Origin: a virus
Taxonomy: Duplodnaviria > Caudoviricetes
Length of the DNA: 44,418 bases
Strand: one strand, 5' to 3'
IMG/VR virus record: IMGVR_UViG_3300048080_000048
Span: 1-44,418 of that record
Positions 25,051 to 35,267 of this stretch are shown here, in pieces. Under the pieces are notes generated by a model. The model had not been told where the DNA came from. It did no database searches and saw only the letters and a list, made by a program, of their open reading frames with translations. Position 1 is the first letter of the stretch. Each line of letters begins with the position of its first letter. The translations under genes were made by a program, and so were the position numbers.

Positions 25051-25356
25051 ATGCTGAACTCGGAGCAGATCCAGAAGGTTCGCCAGACGCTCCAGACCTC
25101 CGGGTGGACCGAAGTCATGCTGCCGGTGATCCTGAACCGCGGGAAAGCAGCACTTCAGGCGCTCACCCTCTCGCCCGAGGAGAGGCTCCGCGGCGGGGGT
25201 GAGTTCAAGGACACCGACGACTTTCTGCTGCGCGCCTTCATCCGCGACTGCGAGTGGATGGTGGCCTGCTGGCAGAACGAGATCAAGGTGTTCGAGCTGA
25301 ACCGGCAGATGGAAGAACTCCAGAGCCGGGAGAACGGGGGCGAACCCCCCGGCTAA
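25051..25356 (+). CDS. small head-module protein
   Basis: Between portal and scaffold; LQTSGW motif. Confidence 0.65.
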   Translation: MLNSEQIQKVRQTLQTSGWTEVMLPVILNRGKAALQALTLSPEERLRGGGEFKDTDDFLLRAFIRDCEWMVACWQNEIKVFELNRQMEELQSRENGGEPPG

Positions 25357-25389
25357 ACGCCTGCGAACCAGGCGGGAAGGGATTCCCAG

Positions 25390-26115
25390 ATGCCAGAGCC
25401 ACAGGAAGGCCAGAGCCAGAGTCCGCCGGCAGCGAACCTGCCGTTGAGAGCGGACCTGATGGGCTACCCCAGCGAGGAAGCGTTGGTCAACGCCAAGCGC
25501 GCCTCGGATGCGGAAGCCAAGCGGCTCCACGACGAGAACGAAGGCCTAAGGAACCAGTTGCTCACGTTCTATCAGGCGCAGGCGAACCCTCGCCAGGACG
25601 TGAAGCAGCGAGGCACCCTGGACGAGCGCCTCAACGAGTCCGGCATCCCGGCGACGGACATCCGGGAACTCGCGCGCGAAGTGGTGCGCGGGGAGCTGGA
25701 ACCGCTCGTTCGTGGCGTGGGGGCGCGCAACAGCGTCCTGGCCCAGTACCCGGACTACAACAAGTACGAGGCCGACGTGGCTCAGTTCGTCGAGTCCGAT
25801 CCCAACCTCAAGCAGACCTACGGGCGCATGTTCCAGGCCGACCCGGCCGGAGCGTTCGAGTACGCCTTCCTCAAGTTCGGCGAGTCGCGGAGACGTTCCG
25901 TGAATCCGGACAACCTTTCGGCGGAAGCACAGGCCCATGCGGGCATTCCCTCCAGCCGTAACGGCGAGGCGAGGCGTGGCAATCAGAACGAAGAGGCATC
26001 GGTCCAGAGAGCCTGGGAGAACTACCAGAGAACCGGAAGCAAGCAGCATGCGGCGGAATACGCCAGGGCTCGCTTCCGAACCGGAGTCATCACTGACGAG
26101 TTCCTGAACGCATAA
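25390..26115 (+). CDS. putative capsid scaffolding protein
   Basis: Acidic helical protein directly upstream of the capsid gene. Confidence 0.65.
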   Translation: MPEPQEGQSQSPPAANLPLRADLMGYPSEEALVNAKRASDAEAKRLHDENEGLRNQLLTFYQAQANPRQDVKQRGTLDERLNESGIPATDIRELAREVVRGELEPLVRGVGARNSVLAQYPDYNKYEADVAQFVESDPNLKQTYGRMFQADPAGAFEYAFLKFGESRRRSVNPDNLSAEAQAHAGIPSSRNGEARRGNQNEEASVQRAWENYQRTGSKQHAAEYARARFRTGVITDEFLNA

Positions 26116-26141
26116 GACAGGACTCAGGGGGGCATAAGGAC

Positions 26142-27119
26142 ATGCCGGGTACCCAGGGTCAAAGCGGTGGAATCACCACCTTTGACATAGGCTCATTTGG
26201 CTACGGCACTGGCGATGCTTTCATCGTCAACCGCGAAGACCTGACCGACGTCGTCACCATCCTCGACAGCTTCCAGACGCCGATGTTCTCGTCCATGCCC
26301 AAGATCCGGGCGAAGGACGTCGTGCATTCCTGGACCGTCGATACGCTGGCGGCGACCTCCACCGCGGGAGTGATCGAAAACGTCGACTTCTCGGTCGACA
26401 CGCTCACCAACCCGACACGCCTCTTCAACGTGACGCAGATCTTCTCTCGCCACGTCCAGGTCGCGGACCGGGAGCGGGACGCCAATCCAGCCGGCATCCG
26501 CGATATGTACGAACACCAGATCATGAAGGAGTTCAAGGTCATCGCCCGGAACCTGGAGTCGAGGATCTGGGCCATCAACTCGACCGGGACCGCCACGGGT
26601 GCCGAGGCCGCGACCAACGCCCCGCTCATGTCCCCCATTCGAGGGTTCGCCATCTCGACCACCGCTTCGGCGGCAAGCGCCGGGGTCACGACCGCCGACA
26701 TCATCCAGCTCTCGGAGACGCTGTTCAACAACGGGGCCGAGCCGGACTCCATCTGGTTTGCACCCGCCTCCAAGCGTCAGTTCGTCAACGCCACCGTGAG
26801 TTCGGGCTCGGGCAACGTGCGGAACATCGCCGCGACCGACCAGAAGCTGGTGGCGAACATCGACGTGTTCGAGACCCCGTTCAACCAGCTCTACGCCGTC
26901 ATCACCGACCGCTTCATCCCGATCAGCACGTCGAGTGCTCTCGGGGCGTACTACATTGGGGATCGTTCAATGTGCAAGCTGGCGATCTTCCGCCCACCGC
27001 AGCACAAGGCGATGGGGAAGTCGGGGGACCACACGCGCGGCATCGTGCTGATCGAGGCGACGCTGCACATGGACCATCCGAGCGCCTGGGGTTGTTTCTC
27101 GGGCATCACCAACGGGTAA
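26142..27119 (+). CDS. major capsid protein (SU10/DUF5309-type)
   Basis: NREDLTDVV...TPMFS...HSWTVDTL...NVTQIF...GKSGD...EATL. Confidence 0.85.
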   Translation: MPGTQGQSGGITTFDIGSFGYGTGDAFIVNREDLTDVVTILDSFQTPMFSSMPKIRAKDVVHSWTVDTLAATSTAGVIENVDFSVDTLTNPTRLFNVTQIFSRHVQVADRERDANPAGIRDMYEHQIMKEFKVIARNLESRIWAINSTGTATGAEAATNAPLMSPIRGFAISTTASAASAGVTTADIIQLSETLFNNGAEPDSIWFAPASKRQFVNATVSSGSGNVRNIAATDQKLVANIDVFETPFNQLYAVITDRFIPISTSSALGAYYIGDRSMCKLAIFRPPQHKAMGKSGDHTRGIVLIEATLHMDHPSAWGCFSGITNG

Positions 27120-27127
27120 ATCAATCT

Positions 27128-27169
27128 CCTGGCGGTGGCCCCGGCCTTTGCCGGGACCACTTAGCCGGG
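27128..27169 (+). other. GC-rich hairpin after the capsid gene (mRNA stabiliser or processing site?)
   Basis: CCTGGC-GGTGG-CCCCGGC/GCCGGG-A-CCAC-TTA-GCCGGG; no U-tract. Confidence 0.4.
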
Positions 27170-27181
27170 CGAGGAGGAGTC

Positions 27182-27475
27182 ATGGGACAGGGTGCCCAGA
27201 GCAAGGCGCTACGGATCGCAACGCAAACTCAGTACGGGATCGACCCGACCAAGATCTACGACGCTCAAGGCAACGTGGTGGGCGACATCGCCAACTGGGA
27301 CAAGGCCCCGGAACTCTTCAAGAATCAGGCGGGGACCGGGAAGCTGCCGCCCGAAACACCGGACCCGACCTACTCTCCGGGCGAGGTGGACTTCCAGCAC
27401 GTGGATACTCAGGGACCACAGCGCGCCACCAAGAACTCAGACCCCTTCGCCGGCATGGGCGGGGCAGGAGGCTGA
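27182..27475 (+). CDS. virion-module hypothetical protein
   Basis: GAGGAGGAG RBS. Confidence 0.65.
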   Translation: MGQGAQSKALRIATQTQYGIDPTKIYDAQGNVVGDIANWDKAPELFKNQAGTGKLPPETPDPTYSPGEVDFQHVDTQGPQRATKNSDPFAGMGGAGG

Positions 27476-27476
27476 C

Positions 27477-27683
27477 ATGCCGCTCCAGATGACGGGTGGG
27501 AACAGCGGCAACCGCGAGGATGCCAAGCCGCCGGTGGATGTCGGGTTCGACCGACAGCCGGTGGAGAACACAGCGAACAACAGCTCGGGGGCCAACGTTC
27601 AGTTCTCCCAGTGCACCGGGAACCGTGAGGCGGCCAATCCTCCCGTCCCATCGGGCGGGACGCCGAACGACGCGAACACATGA
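27477..27683 (+). CDS. small N/G/P-rich protein
   Basis: AGGAGG RBS; internal GNRE.A.PPV repeat. Confidence 0.6.
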   Translation: MPLQMTGGNSGNREDAKPPVDVGFDRQPVENTANNSSGANVQFSQCTGNREAANPPVPSGGTPNDANT

Positions 27684-28036
27684 GTTTCTTCGTCGGTAAG
27701 AACGACAGCCCGCTGGAGATCATGAACCCGGACGTCTTGATGCGTGCGGCGCCCGAATACTATGGGCCGAGGTTCGACGCTATCGCCGAACTCAGGAGCC
27801 AGGACGATGGAAGCCTGCACAAAGGGAACGAGTTCCGTCGCGTGGCGAGTTTGGTCAACGTACCGCTGCTGAACGCGGTGCAGGTGTGTGAACCAGGGTT
27901 TTTCAAGGACCGCAAGACCTTCTACGACTGGCTGGACAAAGAAGAAAACAAGCGGTACTGCACTTATCAGAGGCCCGGCCGTGTCGAGCGAGCGGCCCTA
28001 GTTCAGAGAGACATCGGCCACATCGGCGGTACGTGA
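27680..28036 (+). CDS. hypothetical protein
   Basis: RRVAS...FYDWLDKEEN pattern of the kind seen after capsid genes. Confidence 0.65.
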   Translation: MSFFVGKNDSPLEIMNPDVLMRAAPEYYGPRFDAIAELRSQDDGSLHKGNEFRRVASLVNVPLLNAVQVCEPGFFKDRKTFYDWLDKEENKRYCTYQRPGRVERAALVQRDIGHIGGT

Positions 28037-28239
28037 TGGCCCTGTTCCCCAAGCGCCAGGTCAAGAAGCGGGTGGGGTACCGCACGACCGGTCTGGGCGC
28101 GGGCTACGAGCATGCGGTCCAGGAAGGCGTCGGGATCGAGCCCGGGGCTCACCCCGAGTACCAGCGTGGCCCCAGGCTCGGCAACCCGATCCGGCAGATC
28201 GGCGACATCTGGAAGAAGCTCTTCCCGAGGAAGAAGTGA
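28036..28239 (+). CDS. small basic protein
   Basis: TGATG coupling. Confidence 0.55.
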   Translation: MALFPKRQVKKRVGYRTTGLGAGYEHAVQEGVGIEPGAHPEYQRGPRLGNPIRQIGDIWKKLFPRKK

Positions 28240-29567
28240 AGCCGCCGCTCGTGGTCTACACCGTCATCCCGGACCGGCACAGCGCCTCCCACTACTACCG
28301 GCTCAGGGTGCCGCTGGAGACCGCTTCTGACCTTGGGCTCCCGGTACGGGCCATCATCGACCACAATGACCTGACGGTATCTCCCGGGGACCGGATCAAG
28401 GCCTTCTGTGAGTCTGACCTGATCCTGCTCTACCAGCCGATCGGCGACCAGCCGGTCCAGAATGTCCGTGGGGTTCAGAGCTTCATTGCCTCCAAACGGG
28501 ATGGGGCGTGGAAGTGGCCGCCGACCTTCGTGGTCGAAAGCGACGACAACCTGTTCAACGTCTCGCCCCTGAATCAGGCGTTCCGCAGCCTGGGGGTCCG
28601 GGACATGGAAGGAAACACCATCCCGCTCAAGCACCACGTCGGGGTGGTCCAGCAGGGCGAGCGCAAGGTGTTGTGGCGCGATGTCCCGAGAGACGGTGAA
28701 CCCGAGGACCCCGCTCTGGCCCAGATCCCCATGGTGGACCTGCTCAAGAACCGACAGACGCTGGCGACCTACCGAAAACTGATGGAGATGGCCGACGCCG
28801 TGACCTGCTCGACCCAGGGCGTGGTGGACGCGATCTCGAAGGAACTCACCCCGCGGCGAACCCGTGTGTTTCCTAACCTGGTGCGGATGGACCACTACGA
28901 GCAGGTGGATCTGAGGGAAGACCCGTTTACCATCAAGATCCTCTGGCAGGGCGGGATCGCCCACTACGAGGATTGGTACCCGCTGCGAGAGGCCCTGGGA
29001 AACATCACCCGCAAGTATCCGGAGGTCCACTGGATCATCTGGGGTGCCCAGTTCCCGTGGGTCAAGGAGCTGATCCCGGCCCACCGCTACACCTTCAAGT
29101 CCTGGTGCCCTTACCAGGAGTACAAGCTCCGGCTGTCGATGATCGGCCACGACATCTCGCTGGCACCTCTTTCCAGCAACGTCTTCAACGACTGCCGCTC
29201 GGCGATCAAGTTCTACGAGGCCTCGGCTCTGAAGAAGCCCGCCGCGACGCTGGCGCAGAACACCGCAGCCTACAAGGCCGAGATCAAAGACGGAGAGACC
29301 GGCCTGCTGTTCAACGACCCGGAGGAGTTCGAGACCCAGTTGTCGCTGCTGATCGAGAACGAGAAGGAGCGCAGGGTCCTGGCCGCCAACGCGAAGGACT
29401 GGATCTCCGAGAACCGTGACGCGATGAAGAGGGTCCCGGAGATGGTCGCCTACTGGGAAGACCTGCGCGAACAGCGCAAGCGCGAGCAGCCCCATGTCTC
29501 GGACGAGCAGTGGGAGACGATCCAGAAGGAAGCGGAGGCTGAAGAGGCCGCCGCGGCACCGGCCTAG
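28236..29567 (+). CDS. GT-B glycosyltransferase (GT4-like)
   Basis: YYRLRVP, ESDDNL, ADAVTCST, VFPN, ILWQGG..HYED, DISLAPL..NVFNDCRSAIKFYE, DGETGLL. Confidence 0.85.
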   Translation: MKPPLVVYTVIPDRHSASHYYRLRVPLETASDLGLPVRAIIDHNDLTVSPGDRIKAFCESDLILLYQPIGDQPVQNVRGVQSFIASKRDGAWKWPPTFVVESDDNLFNVSPLNQAFRSLGVRDMEGNTIPLKHHVGVVQQGERKVLWRDVPRDGEPEDPALAQIPMVDLLKNRQTLATYRKLMEMADAVTCSTQGVVDAISKELTPRRTRVFPNLVRMDHYEQVDLREDPFTIKILWQGGIAHYEDWYPLREALGNITRKYPEVHWIIWGAQFPWVKELIPAHRYTFKSWCPYQEYKLRLSMIGHDISLAPLSSNVFNDCRSAIKFYEASALKKPAATLAQNTAAYKAEIKDGETGLLFNDPEEFETQLSLLIENEKERRVLAANAKDWISENRDAMKRVPEMVAYWEDLREQRKREQPHVSDEQWETIQKEAEAEEAAAAPA

Positions 29568-29569
29568 CC

Positions 29570-30493
29570 ATGCCGGTCTTCACGCCGTCGACGATCCCCT
29601 GGGTCACGGCGGTGGGTCTGATCGCGGACTCGGTCGGGGCTTCCGCAGATGCCGAGATGCAGACCCGCGCACACCGCTCGCTCCGTGCGGCGTTCCAGCA
29701 TTTCAACGGCAACTACAAGTGGGACTTCCTCAGGACGGAGGCGGCCCCCGTAACGCTGGTGGCTCCGTTCTCGGTCACCGGGGTGAGTGCTTCGGCAGGA
29801 CAATCCTCCGCCGCCGCTCCTGCCAGCCACGGTATCCTGGTCGACGACCTGATCATCGCCTCGGGGTTCGTACTGGGGACTAGGGTCTCCGCCACCGCCG
29901 CGAGTGGGTTCGGGTTCAACGTCGTGCTGACGGGTCTCGCCGCCGGGGTCAACGTGATCACCGCCTCCGCCCAGCGGGACCTCTACGACCTGCCTTCCGA
30001 TTGGAAGTCCGTCTACTCGCTGAGGCTCCTGTCCGGCAACCTGGCGCTCCGCTATGCAGGGCGGAGGGCCTACGACCGGACCATCTCGGACGAGAACACG
30101 GCGTCCAGCCCCTACTGGTACGACCTGTTCCGGGCCGGATCGGGGAGCAAGGTCCGCATCCTGCCTCCGCCCTCGGCGGCCGACGTGCTCCTGATGCGCT
30201 ACTACCGGCGCATGAGCCTGGCGAGTGCTTCCGGTGTCACCTCCAACCTCGACCTCCCGGAGGACTACGAGAGCTACCCCATCGCCTGGGCCAAGTGGCA
30301 CTTCCTGGTCGATAAGGGCGAGGGCAGGAAAGAGCAGGCGACCATCTGGCTCTCGCTCGCCCAAGAGGGCTTGAAGACCATGCTCAAGGACCAGACCTCG
30401 ATCGCAGATGCTGACCTGGGGTTCATGCCCGGAGCCTCGACTCTGGCCGCCCTGGGAGACCGGAGTACCCGCGCAATCGACTGGGACAGCTGA
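29570..30493 (+). CDS. head-to-tail adaptor / tail tubular protein A-like
   Basis: WDFL, YDLPSDW, RILPPPS..YYRR motifs and position. Confidence 0.65.
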   Translation: MPVFTPSTIPWVTAVGLIADSVGASADAEMQTRAHRSLRAAFQHFNGNYKWDFLRTEAAPVTLVAPFSVTGVSASAGQSSAAAPASHGILVDDLIIASGFVLGTRVSATAASGFGFNVVLTGLAAGVNVITASAQRDLYDLPSDWKSVYSLRLLSGNLALRYAGRRAYDRTISDENTASSPYWYDLFRAGSGSKVRILPPPSAADVLLMRYYRRMSLASASGVTSNLDLPEDYESYPIAWAKWHFLVDKGEGRKEQATIWLSLAQEGLKTMLKDQTSIADADLGFMPGASTLAALGDRSTRAIDWDS

Positions 30494-33069
30494 TGCCGCG
30501 GCATACCGAGGCTCTGGACCTCGGGTTGTTCACGGCCCCCAACCCCTCGGTGCTTCAACCCGGCCAGCTCTCCTTCCTTCAGAACGGCGTCTACCTGCCG
30601 GGGTCTCAGGCGCTCCAGCGAGCGAGGGGCCGCGCGGTGTTCGGTTCCGCCACCGCGGCCGCCACCGACGTCGATGGGCTGCGCGACATCCAGTTCGACA
30701 ACGGCGACCACTATCTGGTGGCGATGATCTCCGGGTCGGCCGCGGGGGACGGCTCCTACCGGATCGCCACGGTGGGGGATACCGGGACCTTCTCCAACCT
30801 GGTCTCCGGCATCACCGCCGGGGGGCAGTTGGAGGTGGTCCACTACCGGAACCGCTTCTTCCTGATGAACGGCGTGGCGGCTACAGCCACCAGCGATATC
30901 GGCAGCAACCGGGTGATTTATCTCTCGGCCACCGCCGCCGGAACCACTCCCACCTCAAGGCAGCACGGCATGGCCCCGGTCATCAATGCCCCGCAGGTCT
31001 CAGTCGTAGCCTCGGCCTTTACTCAGACCGTCACCGGCTATTACGAGTACTGGGTCACGGAAGTCGGAAGATTCATGCAGGACGGTAGTGAGCTGGCACT
31101 CGAATCCACCTACGCCGCCCGCCCGGCCACGGTGCTGGTGGGCACCACCGCAGAGGCGCCACTGATCCAAAGGCCGCCGATCCGCAACGCTATAACCACC
31201 CACTGGCGAATCTATCGGAGCCCCAAGAAGGAACGGGAGTCGGACGCCAAGTTCCCCTCCGGGTTCATGATCGCTGAGGCGGGGACGGCGACCTCTCAGG
31301 TAGTGGATTCCTCAGTCACGGCCAATACCGGCTATGTCTTCGCCAGCGCAGTAAACACCCTGACGCAGGTCTATGCGGATGCCAGTGCGCAGGCCACGGC
31401 GTGGTTTTCTGATAACGGGACCTACGGGGTTTTGGGACCCGGGGCTCAGGGCATCTACGGATTTGGGTTCACGGCCTTTGGCGGGGCGGTGCGGGGGATC
31501 GAGTTGGAGTTTCAGGCTTTCATCAGCTCGGGGACGGCTACCGCCGTGACGATGGGAGCCCTGATCGGTGCCGGGCGGGACGGGGTGAACGGCAGTTTCG
31601 GGCAGATCTTCCAACGGCCGGGGAACACCTCTCCCGGCTCGGGGACGGTCAACGATGACAAGAAGGCCGGCAAGTACGCGGTGATTACCGCCACCGCCTC
31701 CCCGGGCCAGACGGTGACGCTAGGGTCAAGCTCCGACCCATGGGACCCGGGGCGGAATATCGGCCTCAACTTCGTTGACACCGATTTCGATTCTAACTTC
31801 ATGGCGGTGCTCCACCACGGGTTCGCGGGGCACAACATCTCCATCGACTACGCCAAGCTTCGGGCGCACTACTCGGGGGCGTCGGACTCGGTGATCCAGT
31901 TCCCGTCGGTGGTCTACACCTTTGGAGACATCACCGCCCAGGTGGGGAAGAACGGACTCCCACCCTCGTCCAGCACCGGCGACCTGTTTGAGGACTGCTT
32001 GGTCGTCAACGACGTCACGAACCCTGCGGTCATCCGTTACTCGGCCGCTGGAGAGCCCGAGAGTTTCCCCGAGACCTACTTCCTGGACTTCGAGACCCGG
32101 GACAACGACCGCGTGACCAACATCAAGGTCGTCAACAACCGGCTGGTCGTTCTGCTAGAAACCGCATGCTTCCGGGCGAACTACCTGCCGAGCGAGCGGG
32201 ATTCATCCTTCGACCGCGGCAAAGCCATCGAGTCCATCTCCCGCCAGTATGGGTGCGTGAACGAGATGTGCGCCTGCACGTTCTCCAGAGACGGCGGTCA
32301 GGAACTGCTGGCGTTCGTCTCCGACCACGGGATTCACGCGACCGACGGGTACAGCTTCGACACCTACACCGACGGTCTGGTGTGGACCGACATCATCTCA
32401 CGCACCTCGACCAGCAACGGCATCGCGTTGGTCAACGACCGCGACCGCCAGGAACTCCTGTTCTACTACCGGAACGACGCCATCACCAACGAGACTTACC
32501 GCTGTCTTCACCTGTCCTATGCCTCGGAGCATCTGGTGAACGGTAATCCCAAGGTGTCGGGGCCGGTCAACGTGCGGAACTTCCTCTTGGCCGGAAGTCT
32601 CAGGGCCTCGCTGGAGTCGGCGTGGTCCGCACGCAGGACATCGGGGGCGCAGGACGTGTTCCTGGGGTATGGGGGGACGGCGACCGCCGCTGGGGCGGGG
32701 ATGGTCTATCGCGAGACCGGGACCACCATCCCGGCGCAGGACGACCGGCTGGGATACGCGACGCGCCGGATGTACCTGGGCGGACTCGGGAACGAGTGGC
32801 GGATGCAGGAGCTTTACGGACTGGTCGGGTCCTACTCCGGCTCTCCCACCATCTCCTACACGGTGAACGTCGCCAAGACCAACGACGCGGGGGCCTCGGC
32901 GCTAGGAGCCAAGAGCATCACGCTCGGTGGTCAGGCGCTTCACCGCGTCCCGTTCAACGCGATGGGTGAAGGCATGGTCGTCACCGCCTACGTCACGGCG
33001 TCGTCGTTCGCGCAGGAGTCGCTCATCATCGACGGCGAGGGTTGGGGCATTGAGGATAGCGGGAGATAG
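30493..33069 (+). CDS. tail hub/nozzle protein (P22 gp10 / T7 gp12-like)
   Basis: 858 aa beta-rich protein; IRYS..GEPESFP, YGCV, FVSDHGI..TDG; follows the adaptor. Confidence 0.65.
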   Translation: MPRHTEALDLGLFTAPNPSVLQPGQLSFLQNGVYLPGSQALQRARGRAVFGSATAAATDVDGLRDIQFDNGDHYLVAMISGSAAGDGSYRIATVGDTGTFSNLVSGITAGGQLEVVHYRNRFFLMNGVAATATSDIGSNRVIYLSATAAGTTPTSRQHGMAPVINAPQVSVVASAFTQTVTGYYEYWVTEVGRFMQDGSELALESTYAARPATVLVGTTAEAPLIQRPPIRNAITTHWRIYRSPKKERESDAKFPSGFMIAEAGTATSQVVDSSVTANTGYVFASAVNTLTQVYADASAQATAWFSDNGTYGVLGPGAQGIYGFGFTAFGGAVRGIELEFQAFISSGTATAVTMGALIGAGRDGVNGSFGQIFQRPGNTSPGSGTVNDDKKAGKYAVITATASPGQTVTLGSSSDPWDPGRNIGLNFVDTDFDSNFMAVLHHGFAGHNISIDYAKLRAHYSGASDSVIQFPSVVYTFGDITAQVGKNGLPPSSSTGDLFEDCLVVNDVTNPAVIRYSAAGEPESFPETYFLDFETRDNDRVTNIKVVNNRLVVLLETACFRANYLPSERDSSFDRGKAIESISRQYGCVNEMCACTFSRDGGQELLAFVSDHGIHATDGYSFDTYTDGLVWTDIISRTSTSNGIALVNDRDRQELLFYYRNDAITNETYRCLHLSYASEHLVNGNPKVSGPVNVRNFLLAGSLRASLESAWSARRTSGAQDVFLGYGGTATAAGAGMVYRETGTTIPAQDDRLGYATRRMYLGGLGNEWRMQELYGLVGSYSGSPTISYTVNVAKTNDAGASALGAKSITLGGQALHRVPFNAMGEGMVVTAYVTASSFAQESLIIDGEGWGIEDSGR

Positions 33070-33071
33070 CC

Positions 33072-35267
33072 ATGCGTGACTACGTTGGAGTGGCCCCCAG
33101 CAGCCTGCCGTCTCCGGACGCCCCGACCTTCCACCCGCGGCTCCGCAGCATGCTCTCCAGCATCGACTATTACCTGCGGGACAGCTCGCGCGGTTTCGCC
33201 CGCATCCAGCAGGGGCAGATCCCGGACGGTTCGGGGGCCAACCTCGCCACGGTGACTGACCACGGGAGCCTGCTCGGGCTCTCGGACGACGACCACAGCC
33301 AGTACTTCCTGCTCGCCGGACGCGCCGGGGGTACCGTGGCGCTCGGTTCTGACAGCACATCCGCCGGCGACGTGCTGGACTTGACCGCCTACAACAATCC
33401 GCCGATCGCCGGGATCTCCGGGATCAGCAGCCGCTCGGCGATGATCCGTCAGGGCCAGACGACCTCCATCTTCACCGACGCCCTCTATGTGGTCGAGCGC
33501 AACACCAGCTACGGCAGCAGTGCCGGGCTGACGGTCCTGACCGGGGCGGGGTTCGCCAACGTCGAGTTGTATGGCGGGTCGCTGACGCTCAACGCCAACT
33601 CGGCCGGGGCGGGGCCGACGCTGGAGGTGGACAACACCGGGGCCGGGGCCAGCCAGGCGACGGTGCTCTCCAAGTTCAGGGGCAAGACCTCGGCGACGGT
33701 GCAGACCGGGGATCTGACTCAGTGGTACAACACGGCCGCGGTCAAGACGCTGTGGGTGGACAAGGACGCGGTGCTTCACGGACCCATCACCACCACCAGC
33801 GCGGTCAGCGTCACCGACAGCCTGTTCAACATCGTCGATGACGACGCGGTAGGAATCGCCCAGTTCCAGTGCGGCCTTCTGGCGGCGGGAACGAACGTCT
33901 TCACCTTCCCCGCGACCGCGGCCGGCACCTTTGCGATGGTGAATCTCGCTCAGACCTTCACCAAGCCGCAGGTGATCGACAACGACACCGCCTCGGATGT
34001 CCTGCTCAAGTTGGTGCCGCACGCGAGCCAGAGCGTGGACGTGCTTCAGGTCAGGGATATTACGGATACGTTCACTCCATTCGGCGTCTCGTCCCTGAAC
34101 ATACCTACCTTCGGCGGCGCGTTGGTCGGGACGATCCCGTTTTCTATCCCCATCGATGGCGCGTTTGGACTCGCCTGGGGACAGTTGCAGGACGCCGCCT
34201 CCGGGAGCGTCCTTTTCCTAGAGGTGGACGGGAATCCTGACCTGAACGCCTCGCTCATCTTCCCGCGCGTCGGCGGCACGGTGCTAACCGGCCTCAACAC
34301 CGTCACGGGCATCACCAACAAGACCTTCGGGACCACCGCCAACACGCTGCGTTGCACGACGGTCGGCGGCGCAGGAGTAGCCTTCGAGGACAACACCACG
34401 ACCAGCAAGAAGCTGCGCTTCGTCCTCGGCGGGTCGGTGGGGACAAGTCACATCGTCATCTCCAACACCGCGGCGCGTACCTACACCTTCCCGGACTACG
34501 CGATGATCGTTGCCGGTTCCGCCTCGGCACTGACCGCCACGCGGGTGCCGTTCGCGGGTACGGCCGGCATCCTGACCGACGATGCCGACATGACCTTCGC
34601 CACCGACCGGCTCACAGTCACCAAGCTGACCAGCACACTGGCAACGTTGACGGCGGGCACTGCACCCACTCCCGCCACCGGAGACATCTACAACGACTCG
34701 GCCCGCAAAGCCCTCATCGGCTTCCCCAACGCGATCAAGCAGTCGCTCGACGGGACCCTGTTCACTCAGACCAACAGCGTCACCTACGGCCCCAGCAGCA
34801 TCACCGAGACCAGCATCGTCGGCACCGGACAGGGGACCAAGACCCTCCCCGCCGACTGGTACACGGTCGGCAAGACGGTCAAAGTCACCCTCTACGGCTA
34901 CTGCTCGAACGTGGCCGGGCACGCGCTGCGAATCCGTGCCAAGCTGATCGACTCGACTCCCACCACGGTACTGCTCTGCGACACCACCGCCGGCACGCTC
35001 GCCACCGCCTCCTCGGACGATCAGTTCATGGTTTCGCTCATCATCACCTGCCGCACCACCGGAGCGACCGGGACGGTGATGAGTCAGATGTCGGTCTTCC
35101 CCGAGGGCAACGCGGCATTCCCTCAGGCGGTCAACACCACCACCGCCACCATCGACACCACCAAGACTCAGCAGATCGAAATCACCGCCCAGTGGGGCAC
35201 CTCCCATGCCTCCAACACCATGACCATCACGAACCTCGCCATCCAGACCCTGAACGAGCCCGCCTGA
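33072..35267 (+). CDS. tail fibre/spike protein
   Basis: T/A/G-rich 731 aa; DHGSLLGLSDDDHSQY motif; RTYTFPD, TNKT, QTFT fibre motifs. Confidence 0.75.
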   Translation: MRDYVGVAPSSLPSPDAPTFHPRLRSMLSSIDYYLRDSSRGFARIQQGQIPDGSGANLATVTDHGSLLGLSDDDHSQYFLLAGRAGGTVALGSDSTSAGDVLDLTAYNNPPIAGISGISSRSAMIRQGQTTSIFTDALYVVERNTSYGSSAGLTVLTGAGFANVELYGGSLTLNANSAGAGPTLEVDNTGAGASQATVLSKFRGKTSATVQTGDLTQWYNTAAVKTLWVDKDAVLHGPITTTSAVSVTDSLFNIVDDDAVGIAQFQCGLLAAGTNVFTFPATAAGTFAMVNLAQTFTKPQVIDNDTASDVLLKLVPHASQSVDVLQVRDITDTFTPFGVSSLNIPTFGGALVGTIPFSIPIDGAFGLAWGQLQDAASGSVLFLEVDGNPDLNASLIFPRVGGTVLTGLNTVTGITNKTFGTTANTLRCTTVGGAGVAFEDNTTTSKKLRFVLGGSVGTSHIVISNTAARTYTFPDYAMIVAGSASALTATRVPFAGTAGILTDDADMTFATDRLTVTKLTSTLATLTAGTAPTPATGDIYNDSARKALIGFPNAIKQSLDGTLFTQTNSVTYGPSSITETSIVGTGQGTKTLPADWYTVGKTVKVTLYGYCSNVAGHALRIRAKLIDSTPTTVLLCDTTAGTLATASSDDQFMVSLIITCRTTGATGTVMSQMSVFPEGNAAFPQAVNTTTATIDTTKTQQIEITAQWGTSHASNTMTITNLAIQTLNEPA

